In this document: positions 1 to 8,136 of the stretch, piece after piece
Layout of the letters: each line of letters starts with the position of its first letter
Numbering within the stretch: position 1 is the first letter of the stretch
Assembly: GCA_002419295.1 (NCBI GenBank)
Contig: DIFW01000034.1
Coordinates: 8,098-72,097, forward strand
Reading direction: 5' to 3'
Length of the DNA: 64,000 nucleotides
DNA from: Patescibacteria group bacterium UBA5738
Lineage (GTDB): Bacteria; Patescibacteriota; Minisyncoccia; Minisyncoccales; UBA5738
Notes under the pieces: model-generated
Seen by the model: the letters and a program-made list of their open reading frames with translations, nothing else
Told to the model about the DNA's origin: nothing
Databases searched by the model: none
Program-made: the position numbers and the translations under genes

Positions 1-216
1 GATTTGCGGCCGTGCGTTGTGCCGACATACATTCCGGAATTGCCGGTGGATCCGGCCGACGGTGTTGCCTGTGCCAATAGCGATTGCAGTAATGATTATG
101 ATACCAGATACACCGTGGTGCAGGATGGCAATGGACGGATCAAGGTCTGCGCGCCAAACGCGAAAAATGAAACCGCGCTGGGTGAGAATCAGGAAGAAGC
201 CTGTGTTACCCGCTAG
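1..216 (+). CDS. C-terminal fragment of a protein whose start lies upstream of the window (no domain recognised)
   Basis: Frame 1 is open from base 1 to TAG 214-216. A terminator hairpin follows at 231-254. Several Cys occur in the 71 visible residues. Confidence 0.45.
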   Translation, partial: DLRPCVVPTYIPELPVDPADGVACANSDCSNDYDTRYTVVQDGNGRIKVCAPNAKNETALGENQEEACVTR

Positions 217-230
217 TGTTTGCACTAAAC

Positions 231-254
231 AAAAAGGGCAAATTGCCCTTTTTG
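231..254 (+). terminator. Rho-independent terminator
   Basis: Perfect palindrome AAAAAGGGCAA/TTGCCCTTTTT: GC stem followed by a T-run. Confidence 0.75.
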
Positions 255-333
255 TTTTCTTTTATCTTGCCACCAAATTACATAGGTGGCACCTATGCAA
301 ATGTTTATGCAACCAAAAACAATTCGGTGAGGT

Positions 334-361
334 TTGACGGCGGGCAAGTTTTTGTTAGTAT
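334..361 (+). promoter_or_regulatory. Sigma70-like promoter candidate for the GHKL/STAS-like gene pair
   Basis: TTGACG (334-339), 16-nt spacer, TAGTAT (356-361), about 20 nt before ATG 384. Confidence 0.4.
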
Positions 362-383
362 GAAGCTATGATAATTTTTGTTT

Positions 384-971
384 ATGGATAAAGGAGCGAG
401 CGATATCAAAAATTTGGCGATGAAATGGTGCACAGATAAAAATCCGAATATTGCGCCGGGAAATTATTATTGTGTTACTCGTGATGATTTTGCGGGTAGA
501 GTCGATAATTTGTCGGCGGATTTAAAATCTAATGCGAAAATGAACGAAGGTAATGTTTACATGATTGCGGCAATGGCAGGTGAAATTGGCAATAATTCTT
601 TTGATCATAACATTGGCAGTTGGCCGGATGTGCCAGGTGTGTTTTTTGATTGGCAGATAACCAACGGCACCGCGCAGATTGTATTGGCGGATCGTGGGCA
701 AGGGCTGATGGCGACTCTTAAAAAAGTAAAACCGAAAATTTTAAATCATCAAGAAGCGTTAAAAACCGCCTTTTTTGAAAGAATCTCCGGGCGCGCGCCG
801 GAAAATCGTGGCAATGGATTGAAATTCGTGCGCGAAGGAGTTAAAGCGATGAAAATTCATTTAACTTTTATTTCCGGCGACTCGCAGGCGGAAATGAACC
901 AAAATTTTGAAATCAAATCAGCGGACAAAGTTATTCGCGGGTGTTTGGCGATTATTGAAGTAAAGAAGTGA
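384..971 (+). CDS. GHKL-superfamily (histidine-kinase-like / SpoIIAB-RsbW-like) ATP-binding protein
   Basis: N-box-like EIGNNSFDHN, G1 DRGQGL and G2 GNGLKFV occur in the expected order. The ORF track starts at TTG 378; ATG 384 is preferred. Confidence 0.6.
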   Translation: MDKGASDIKNLAMKWCTDKNPNIAPGNYYCVTRDDFAGRVDNLSADLKSNAKMNEGNVYMIAAMAGEIGNNSFDHNIGSWPDVPGVFFDWQITNGTAQIVLADRGQGLMATLKKVKPKILNHQEALKTAFFERISGRAPENRGNGLKFVREGVKAMKIHLTFISGDSQAEMNQNFEIKSADKVIRGCLAIIEVKK

Positions 972-977
972 AAAATT

Positions 978-1259
978 ATGAAAATTGAGATTAAAAAATT
1001 TGGGGAAATGTTAATGTCGCGCCCTGCCGGACGGGAGGCATATTTGGCGTTGTCGGCTTATTTGACCAAAGGCGTTGACCGCCAAGAACTGCTGGAGATT
1101 GATTTTGACGGCGTGAAAGTGATGACGCCTTCTTGGGCCGATGAAGTGATTACAAAATTGGCGCAGGAATTTTCAAACATTAAACTGCTTAACGCGCAAA
1201 ACTCCACGGTGCAGGCAACATTAAAAACTCTGCGCGAATACTCCGATCTAAAAATTTAA
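978..1259 (+). CDS. Small STAS-like protein (DUF4325-like)
   Basis: 93 aa. SRPAGREAY...LEIDFDGVKVMTPSWADEVI resembles the DUF4325/STAS-like signature as I remember it. A 6-nt gap separates it from the GHKL gene. Confidence 0.5.
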   Translation: MKIEIKKFGEMLMSRPAGREAYLALSAYLTKGVDRQELLEIDFDGVKVMTPSWADEVITKLAQEFSNIKLLNAQNSTVQATLKTLREYSDLKI

Positions 1260-1341
1260 CAAGACCCATCCTTGCCCGAATTTGTTCAAGTAAATCAAAA
1301 AACAACATTTTCAAGAATGTGATAATGTCGGTCAACAGATG

Positions 1342-1374
1342 TTCCGGTATTCTGCAGAGTGCCGGAATAATTTT
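1342..1374 (+). terminator. Rho-independent terminator after the GHKL/STAS-like pair
   Basis: TTCCGGTATTCTG/CAGAGTGCCGGAA hairpin (with G-U pairs) centred on CTGCAG, followed by TAATTTT. Confidence 0.55.
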
Positions 1375-1413
1375 AAAAGATACGATAAAATAGGGGGACG
1401 GGGGAAAAGAGAG

Positions 1414-1441
1414 TTGACAAAATTGAAATTTATTCTAATCT
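1414..1441 (+). promoter_or_regulatory. Sigma70-like promoter candidate
   Basis: TTGACA (1414-1419), 16-nt spacer, TAATCT (1436-1441). Confidence 0.35.
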
Positions 1442-1495
1442 TAACCCAGTTTCCCGGATGGCATTTGTACCTTGTCAATTAATTGAGGTGAGGCG

Positions 1496-1828
1496 ATGAA
1501 AAAAATTGGAAAAATGGATAGATTGGCAGATAATAGCGAACCGGCGAATGAGCAATATCGAGAATTTGTTCTGCATGGCAATATTAAAAAAATTAGGGAA
1601 TTCCAAAATATGGCGGTTTTTTTCCTTGGTTGTTTTTTGGCTAGCGCGTTGATTTGTTATTTTGCTGGCATTAAACAATTAGTCGGAGGATTGCCATTAT
1701 TCGTAATTTCGTTAATTAGCGGTGCAATCAGTCTTTTGTTTTTTATGATAAGCGTGAGAATGGAAGACAAAAGGAAGAGATTAATGATGGCGCAACACAA
1801 AGAAACATATTCGGGAACGCATAGATGA
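1496..1828 (+). CDS. Small membrane protein, unknown function
   Basis: 110 aa with two hydrophobic helices (FFLGCFLASALICYFAGI, LPLFVISLISGAISLLFFMI). Preceded by GAGGTGAGG (1485-1493), one of the few Shine-Dalgarno-like sequences in the window. Confidence 0.55.
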   Translation: MKKIGKMDRLADNSEPANEQYREFVLHGNIKKIREFQNMAVFFLGCFLASALICYFAGIKQLVGGLPLFVISLISGAISLLFFMISVRMEDKRKRLMMAQHKETYSGTHR

Positions 1829-1838
1829 GGTGTTCGGA

Positions 1839-2273
1839 ATGGCAAAAAACAAGAGTGGGATAGAGGACATAAAAACTTTTGCTGCAATGGCAAAGTTTTT
1901 AATGGCCCACGAAGACATTCAATGGGAATGGGGCAAGGAGAAAACCATCCAAGCGAATTATCGCGAGGGTGAAAAAAGGTATCGGATTAAGGTATTTCTT
2001 GTCAAAGAAAAGGGTGGCTCAAGGTCAATAGGAATAAATTTTCATGGGGGAAATTTTATAGGGCATACTGCCAGCCCATTGTGGTGGAATTACCGTTATG
2101 GGGTGATAGTATATTTAGGGAAAGATGAGGTGATAAATTTATCTGGCAAAAGCGATTCCGTGATGTCCGAATCGGCAACACGAGTGTTGGCAGAGCATAA
2201 GGGTGGCTCTTATCTTCCAAGGAGTGATTTTATTGAATTGTGGGAGACATTGTTAATGCGAATCAAGGTTTAG
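1839..2273 (+). CDS. Hypothetical protein
   Basis: ORF abuts the previous stop. GAGG at 1827-1830 lies 8 nt before ATG 1839 (the ORF track uses GTG 1830). No motif recognised. Confidence 0.5.
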   Translation: MAKNKSGIEDIKTFAAMAKFLMAHEDIQWEWGKEKTIQANYREGEKRYRIKVFLVKEKGGSRSIGINFHGGNFIGHTASPLWWNYRYGVIVYLGKDEVINLSGKSDSVMSESATRVLAEHKGGSYLPRSDFIELWETLLMRIKV

Positions 2274-2314
2274 GAAGTAGACAAAATTATCTACTTTTTC
2301 TTTTTTAATAACGA

Positions 2315-2341
2315 TTATCACTCGGGGGGCTTGACTGATAA
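2315..2341 (+). promoter_or_regulatory. CIRCE-like HrcA operator (variant)
   Basis: TTATCACTC-N9-GACTGATAA is an 8/9 inverted repeat with the canonical 9-nt spacer of CIRCE (TTAGCACTC-N9-GAGTGCTAA). It overlaps the -35 box of the hrcA promoter. Confidence 0.65.
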
Positions 2342-2358
2342 TTTGGGGGTGGTAGAAT
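2331..2358 (+). promoter_or_regulatory. hrcA operon promoter (extended -10)
   Basis: TTGACT (2331-2336), 16-nt spacer, TGgTAGAAT (2350-2358). Confidence 0.6.
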
Positions 2359-2503
2359 GGGAGTGCGAATGGTTTTCAATTTACAGTTTTCGATTTTCAA
2401 TGAATGGTTCAATGCTTCAATGATCAAACAAAATGTTGCGTATTTGTTTGAAGATTGGTCATTGGCAATTCAATGAAAATTGGAGCTTGAAAATTGAAAA
2501 TTT

Positions 2504-3220
2504 ATGCAGATATCCGAGCGGCAGAAAAATATATTGGATACCATTATCAGGGAATATGTGGAATCGGCGCGGCCGGTGTCTTCGATGTATCTGGGGGAAA
2601 AGTATGATTTCGGGATTTGTCCGGCGTCAATCCGCATTGAAATGCAAAAGTTGACCGATGACGGTTTTTTGGAACAGCCGCACACTTCCGCCGGGCGGGT
2701 GCCCACCGATAAAGGCTACCGGTTTTTCGTGAATGATTTATTGAAAAGCGAGAACCAAATGGAAGTCCGGGAATTGGGGTTTGAACCCGGAAAAAGCATT
2801 GAGGATGAATTTGAAGATGTTTTCAAGCTGGCCAATTCGCTCACGCGCAGTTTGGCGCAGGCATCGTCGTCGCTGGTGCTGGGTTATTTGCGGCAGGAAG
2901 ATGTGATTTGGAAAGAGGGCTGGGAAGATTTGCTGCAGAATCCGGAATTCGAGGACAAGACCGCCATTGAGAATTTCATCAATTATTTGGGTTATTTGGA
3001 GGATGATGTCAAATCCCGAGGCTCGGAAGCCAAGTTGGATATTCACATCGGCGGGGAAAACCGTTTTTCCAAAGCCGGAGATTTCAGCGCCATAACCTTT
3101 TCGCTCCAGCCGGTCGAACAGGAAGAAGTTATTCTGTCCATCGTGGGACCCAAGCGCATGGCGTATGAGCGTAATATTGCTTTAACTAACGAAGTATTGA
3201 AACTGTTCGAGAACCTATAA
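2504..3220 (+). CDS. hrcA: Heat-inducible transcription repressor HrcA (short form, 238 aa)
   Basis: N-terminal winged-helix SERQKNILDTIIREYVESARPVSS and HTSAGRVPTDKGYRFFV. A CIRCE-like site lies upstream and grpE follows. Confidence 0.9.
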   Translation: MQISERQKNILDTIIREYVESARPVSSMYLGEKYDFGICPASIRIEMQKLTDDGFLEQPHTSAGRVPTDKGYRFFVNDLLKSENQMEVRELGFEPGKSIEDEFEDVFKLANSLTRSLAQASSSLVLGYLRQEDVIWKEGWEDLLQNPEFEDKTAIENFINYLGYLEDDVKSRGSEAKLDIHIGGENRFSKAGDFSAITFSLQPVEQEEVILSIVGPKRMAYERNIALTNEVLKLFENL

Positions 3221-3228
3221 AATACAGT

Positions 3229-3279
3229 TTTCAGTTTTTCTGCCAGAGGTGGATCTGTCCTTTGGCGGGAAAACTGAAA
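3229..3279 (+). other. Long imperfect intercistronic hairpin between hrcA and grpE
   Basis: TTTCAGTTTT...GCCA.AGG pairs with CCTTTGGC...AAAACTGAAA. No T-run follows, so it is not a typical terminator. Confidence 0.4.
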
Positions 3280-3296
3280 GTTAATAATTGAAAATT

Positions 3297-3782
3297 ATGG
3301 ATGAGGAAAAAAACAACGGCAAAGCAAATAAACTATCGGAACTGGAGGAGTGTAGGCAAAAGTGCGAAGAGAACCTCAATGGTTGGAAGCGCGCCAAAGC
3401 GGATTTGATCAATTATAAGAAAGAGGAAGGCCAAAGAATGGAAGAATTTGCCAAATACGCGCGCCAAAGGTATGTTTTGGAAATTTTGCCGATTGTTGAC
3501 AGTTTCGATCTGGCGGCAAAACGGATTCCCAAAGAAGATTTGGAAAACGAAAGCGTGAAAGGAATGATGATGATAAAAGCCCAGCTGGAAGATTTTCTGA
3601 GGGCCAATGGTGTGGAGGCAATTAATGCCGTTGGCCAAAAATTCAATCCCGAACTCCACGAAGCGGCGCAAATGGCTGAATGCGAGGAGAAAGAATCGGG
3701 GACAATCATTGAAGAAATGCAAAAAGGATATATGATTGATGGGTGCTTGTTGCGCCCGGCGAAAGTGAAAGTTTCGAAATAA
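3297..3782 (+). CDS. grpE: Nucleotide exchange factor GrpE
   Basis: Coiled-coil N-terminus followed by LEILPIVDSFDLA and FNPELHEA...GYMIDGCLLRPAKVKV. ATG 3297 is preferred over TTG 3288. Confidence 0.9.
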   Translation: MDEEKNNGKANKLSELEECRQKCEENLNGWKRAKADLINYKKEEGQRMEEFAKYARQRYVLEILPIVDSFDLAAKRIPKEDLENESVKGMMMIKAQLEDFLRANGVEAINAVGQKFNPELHEAAQMAECEEKESGTIIEEMQKGYMIDGCLLRPAKVKVSK

Positions 3783-3872
3783 AATGGAGAAACTTTCATC
3801 CCGAGCAGATTGTGGTTAATATATCTATTATTCAGAATCTGCGAGGGGTTGAAGTGGTAAAATAATAAAAAT

Positions 3873-4166
3873 ATGGAACAAAATCAACAACAAAGTAAGC
3901 AGTTGCAGATTAAAGTGCGCGATGAGGAATTGAAGGGCGCCTATTCCAATTTGATGCAGATATTGCATACCAAAGAGGAATTTGTGTTGGATTTCTTTTT
4001 GAACGCTCCGCCGCAGGGGATATTGGCGGCGCGCGTGATGGTGAGTCCGGCGCATGCCAAGCGCATCGCGCAAGCGCTGGCGGAAAATGTGAAAAAGTAC
4101 GAGGAAAAATTCGGCGCGATCAGCGAGGGCGAAGCGCCGGAAGGCAAAATAGGATTCATAAAATAA
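3873..4166 (+). CDS. DUF3467-like small protein of the heat-shock operon
   Basis: 97 aa. YSNLMQILHTKEEFVLDFF matches my recollection of DUF3467. It lies between grpE and hsp20. Confidence 0.55.
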   Translation: MEQNQQQSKQLQIKVRDEELKGAYSNLMQILHTKEEFVLDFFLNAPPQGILAARVMVSPAHAKRIAQALAENVKKYEEKFGAISEGEAPEGKIGFIK

Positions 4167-4260
4167 TTTTTAAATTTGCTAATCATCGTTGGAGCAAGAA
4201 GAAATTTTCAAATCCAAAACAGGTCAAATTGAAAATCAATCGAATTTCCAACGAAAAAAT

Positions 4261-4701
4261 ATGGCATTGATACCTTATCGGGGCGGATGGGATATTGATC
4301 GCTGGTTTGATGACAACGATTGGATAAATTGGCCGTCGTTCCAGTTGATGAAGATGCCCGAAACGCCGAAAATGGACATTTATGAAAAAGACGGCAAGGT
4401 GGTAGTCAAGGCCGAATTGCCGGGTTTCAAGCGCGATCAAATCAACGCTCAAATCAAAGACGGTGTGCTCACCATTGAAGCCAAATCCGAAGAAAAACAA
4501 GAAGAGGATGACAAAAAGAAGGGTTATTGGCGCAAGGAAATCCACCGCGGCTATGTTAAGCGGGCGATCGCTTTGCCCGAAATCGAGGAAGACAAGGTTG
4601 AGGCGGAATTTGAAAACGGCGTGCTAAAAATCATTGCGCCCAAAACCGCGCCGCAAATTGAAGAAGCAAAAGCCAAGAAACTGGAAATCAAAGGAAAGTA
4701 G
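4261..4701 (+). CDS. Small heat-shock protein (Hsp20/alpha-crystallin family)
   Basis: MDIYEKDGKVVVKAELPGFKRDQI...GVLTIEA...F.RAIALPE...A.FENGVLKI. ATG 4261 is preferred over the TTG 4189 start in the ORF track. Confidence 0.85.
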   Translation: MALIPYRGGWDIDRWFDDNDWINWPSFQLMKMPETPKMDIYEKDGKVVVKAELPGFKRDQINAQIKDGVLTIEAKSEEKQEEDDKKKGYWRKEIHRGYVKRAIALPEIEEDKVEAEFENGVLKIIAPKTAPQIEEAKAKKLEIKGK

Positions 4702-4727
4702 AAAAAGGCAAACCTGTTTTGGAAAAC

Positions 4728-4747
4728 GGCGGGGCGAAAGCCCCGCC
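4728..4747 (+). other. Stable GNRA-capped hairpin between hsp20 and dnaK
   Basis: GGCGGGGC-GAAA-GCCCCGCC with no following T-run. Confidence 0.5.
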
Positions 4748-4892
4748 ACCGCTTGAAAAGCAGGAAAACCGAAAATCAAAATCAAATTATAAATGTTAAA
4801 CAAAATTATAAATCAAATTTTTAAAATTTAAATTTTATATTTAGAATTTTGTTTATCATTGAATTTTGAATTTTTAAATTAATAAAAAAATT

Positions 4893-6788
4893 ATGGCAAG
4901 AACAATTGGTATCGATTTGGGAACAACATTGTCGGAAATGGCCGCCATCGTCAACGGCGAACCGAAAATTTTGGAAAACAAAGAAGGATCGCGTTTGACG
5001 CCGTCGGTGGTGGCAATTACCAAAACCGGCGAGCGTCTGGTTGGGGTTTTGGCTAAGCGCCAGCAAATTACCAACGCGAAAAATACTTTATTTTCGGTGA
5101 AGCGCTTTATCGGCCGGAGATTTTCGGATCCGGAGGTTCAGCGCGATTTAAAGCTTTTGCCCTATGAGATCCGCGAGCGGGCAGAAGACGGCGGAGTGGA
5201 AGTGAAAATGGGCGATAAATGGTACGCCGCGCCGGAGATTTCGGCAATGGTGTTGCAAAAACTCAAACAGGACGCCGAGGCCAAGCTGGGAGAGCCGGTG
5301 AGCGGCGCGATTATCACGGTGCCGGCCTATTTTGACGATTCGCAAAGAAAAGCCACCAAGCTGGCCGGTGAGATCGCGGGGTTTGAGGTAAAACGGATTA
5401 TCAACGAACCGACTGCCGCGGCGCTGGCTTATGGTTTGACCAAAAAGAAGAATGAACAGGTACTGGTCTATGATTTTGGCGGCGGCACATTCGATATTTC
5501 CATTTTGGATATTTCCGAAGATACCGTGGAAGTAAAGGGTACCGGCGGCGATACGCATTTGGGCGGCGATGATGTGGATCAGAGGATTATGGATTGGCTG
5601 GTGAACGAATATAAAAAAGATAATGGCGTCGATCTGTCAAAAGACGATTTGGCGCTGCAAAGATTGAAAGAGGCCGCGGAAAAAGCTAAAATCGAGCTTT
5701 CCACCGCGATGGAAACCGAAGTAAACCTGCCGTTTATCACCAGCGATGCCAGCGGCCCCAAGCATTTGTATTACAAATTGTCCCGCGCCAAGCTGGAAGA
5801 TTTAACGCGCGATTTGATTGAAAAATCAATGGTGCTGGTGCGCCAGGCGCTGGATGACGCCAAATTGGCCGCAAAAGACATTGAGGAAATCGTTTTGGTG
5901 GGCGGCCAAACGAGAATGCCGCTGATCCAGGAAGAAGTGAAAAAATTTTTCGGCAAGGAACCGAACAAATCAATCAATCCCGACGAAGTGGTGGCGATCG
6001 GGGCGGCGGTTGAGGCGGGGATCTTGCAGGGTGAAGTGAAGGATGTTTTGTTGCTGGATGTGACGCCTTTATCGCTGGGGATTGAAACCATGGGCGGGGT
6101 CAACACGGTATTGATTGCCAAAAACACCACTGTTCCCACGGCCAAATCGCAAGTGTTTTCCACGGCGGCGGACAATCAAACATCGGTGGAAATTCATGTT
6201 TTGCAGGGCGAGCGGCCGATGAGCGCCAACAATAAATCATTGGGAAAATTTATTTTGGACGGGATTATGCCCGCGCCGCGCGGCATTCCTCAAATTGAAG
6301 TGTCATTTGACATTGATGCCAATGGCATTTTGAGTGTCACCGCCAAAGACAAAGCGACCGGCAAAAGCCAGACCATTCGCATTGAAGGATCTACCGGAAT
6401 TTCCAAAGAGGAAGTGGAAAGAATGAAGCGCGACGCTGAAACCAACGCGGAGAATGACCGCAAAAAGCAGGAATTGATCAATGGGCGCAATGCTGCCGAT
6501 AATTTGATTTATACCGCGGAAAAGGCAATGCGCGATGCGGGCGACAAAATTGCCGCCGATACCAAGAAGGAAATCAGTGAAAAAATAGAAACCTTGAAAA
6601 AAGTCAAAGATGGGGATAATATGGAGGAGTTGAAGCGCTTAACGGACGATTTGTCGCAGGCCGTGTCCAAAATCGGCGCGCAAATGTATCAGCAACCCGG
6701 CGCGCCGCAAGACTCGGCATCGGGCTCAAAGAAAGGAGAAGACAAACAAGAGCCGGGAGCGCAAGAAGGAGAATATAAGGAGAAATAA
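4893..6788 (+). CDS. dnaK: Molecular chaperone DnaK (Hsp70)
   Basis: [17 protein letters not shown] and [10 protein letters not shown] motifs; 631 aa. Confidence 0.97.
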   Translation: MARTIGIDLGTTLSEMAAIVNGEPKILENKEGSRLTPSVVAITKTGERLVGVLAKRQQITNAKNTLFSVKRFIGRRFSDPEVQRDLKLLPYEIRERAEDGGVEVKMGDKWYAAPEISAMVLQKLKQDAEAKLGEPVSGAIITVPAYFDDSQRKATKLAGEIAGFEVKRIINEPTAAALAYGLTKKKNEQVLVYDFGGGTFDISILDISEDTVEVKGTGGDTHLGGDDVDQRIMDWLVNEYKKDNGVDLSKDDLALQRLKEAAEKAKIELSTAMETEVNLPFITSDASGPKHLYYKLSRAKLEDLTRDLIEKSMVLVRQALDDAKLAAKDIEEIVLVGGQTRMPLIQEEVKKFFGKEPNKSINPDEVVAIGAAVEAGILQGEVKDVLLLDVTPLSLGIETMGGVNTVLIAKNTTVPTAKSQVFSTAADNQTSVEIHVLQGERPMSANNKSLGKFILDGIMPAPRGIPQIEVSFDIDANGILSVTAKDKATGKSQTIRIEGSTGISKEEVERMKRDAETNAENDRKKQELINGRNAADNLIYTAEKAMRDAGDKIAADTKKEISEKIETLKKVKDGDNMEELKRLTDDLSQAVSKIGAQMYQQPGAPQDSASGSKKGEDKQEPGAQEGEYKEK

Positions 6789-6930
6789 ACCATCGTCGGG
6801 GGGCCCCGAGTTATTCCGGCGGGTAAATAAGATAAAATATTCAATATTCAACGGTTCAGTTTCCAAAAGAATAATATCCAATAAGCAAAGATTTCAATTT
6901 GTTTGAAAAATTGATTATTGAATATTTTTT

Positions 6931-6958
6931 GAAAATTGAAAATTGAAAATTGAAAATT
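6931..6958 (+). repeat. Tandem heptamer (GAAAATT)x4 abutting the dnaJ start
   Basis: Four exact consecutive copies read directly. Confidence 0.9.
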
Positions 6959-6964
6959 GAGTTT

Positions 6965-8068
6965 GTGTCTAAGGATTACTACAAAATTTTGGGAGTGCAA
7001 AAAACCGCCACCGCCGACGAGATAAAAAAGGCCTACCGCGGTTTGGCGCACAAATATCATCCCGATAAGGGCGGCGATGCCGAAAAATTCAAAGAGGTCA
7101 ACGAAGCCTATCAAGTGCTTTCGGATAAACAGAAAAGAACTCAATATGACCAATTCGGCAGTGCGTTTGACTCCGCCGGAGGCGGGACGGGATTCGGCGG
7201 TTTTGGCGGCAATACGGGCCGGGACGGCTGGTTTTGGGGTCGTCCGGGTGCGGATTTTGATGTACAATTTGATGACTTGGGGGCGATGATGGAGGAAATG
7301 TTCGGTTTTGGCCGGTCCCAAAAACGGCGCGACGGCAAACGCGGTAAAGACATTCGTTTGGACGTAGAAATCACCTTGGAGGAAGCGTTTGCCGGTGCGC
7401 AAAAAGAATTCAAGATCACCAAAAACGGAGTTTGCCCGCGCTGTTCGGGTAGCGGCGCCGAGCCGAATACCAAGATAAAGGAATGTTTTTCCTGCCGTGG
7501 CACGGGACAAGTGCAACAGATTAAGAAGACCTTTTTGGGATCATTTACCCAATACGCAGTTTGTCCGGAATGCGGCGGCGAGGGCTATCGTCCTGAAAAG
7601 CCCTGCAATGTTTGCAAGGGCGACGGCCGCGTGAAGATTGAAGAGAATATCAAGGTTACTATTCCTGCCGGAGTTGACAACAATCAGGTGATTAAAATAG
7701 AGCAAAAAGGCGAAGCGGGCCGCCGCGGCGGGAAAATCGGGGATTTGTATATGCGGGTATTTTTAAAATCTCATCCGGTATTTAATCGTAAAGGAGACGA
7801 TCTCTATGTCTTGCGCGAAATTTCTTTGTCGCGGGCCGTTCTGGGCGGCGAGATGGAAGTGCCCACGATTGAAGGCAAAGATATTTTGCTCAAAATTCCC
7901 GCCGGCACCGAATCGGGAAAGATTTTTCGGGTTTCGGGCAAGGGGATTACGCGTTTCAACGGTTTTGGCCGCGGCAATATGTATGTTCAAGTTGAAATCG
8001 CAGTGCCAAAAAAATTGAACAAAAAACAAAAAGAACTGCTGGAACAGCTCAAGCGCGAAGGTTTATAA
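6965..8068 (+). CDS. dnaJ: Co-chaperone DnaJ
   Basis: J domain ([15 protein letters not shown]), G/F-rich region and four CxxCxGxG zinc-finger repeats. GTG 6965 (or TTG 6950) is the start. Confidence 0.93.
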   Translation: MSKDYYKILGVQKTATADEIKKAYRGLAHKYHPDKGGDAEKFKEVNEAYQVLSDKQKRTQYDQFGSAFDSAGGGTGFGGFGGNTGRDGWFWGRPGADFDVQFDDLGAMMEEMFGFGRSQKRRDGKRGKDIRLDVEITLEEAFAGAQKEFKITKNGVCPRCSGSGAEPNTKIKECFSCRGTGQVQQIKKTFLGSFTQYAVCPECGGEGYRPEKPCNVCKGDGRVKIEENIKVTIPAGVDNNQVIKIEQKGEAGRRGGKIGDLYMRVFLKSHPVFNRKGDDLYVLREISLSRAVLGGEMEVPTIEGKDILLKIPAGTESGKIFRVSGKGITRFNGFGRGNMYVQVEIAVPKKLNKKQKELLEQLKREGL

Positions 8069-8080
8069 ATCATCATATTA

Positions 8081-8106
8081 AAAAACCGTCATATTCGACG
8101 GTTTTT
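8081..8106. terminator. Bidirectional intrinsic terminator between convergent genes
   Basis: AAAAACCGTC-atattc-GACGGTTTTT. Confidence 0.75.
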
Positions 8107-8136
8107 CAATATGCCAAATTTTTTAGCGGGCGATTG

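Noticed and set aside
2361-2369. GAGTGCGAA as the right half of a canonical CIRCE
   Set aside because: It lies 37 nt from the TTATCACTC left arm, not 9 nt. The properly spaced partner is GACTGATAA at 2333-2341.
6848-7516. 222-aa minus-strand ORF
   Set aside because: It is antisense to dnaJ (J domain and G/F region) and has no motifs: a shadow ORF.
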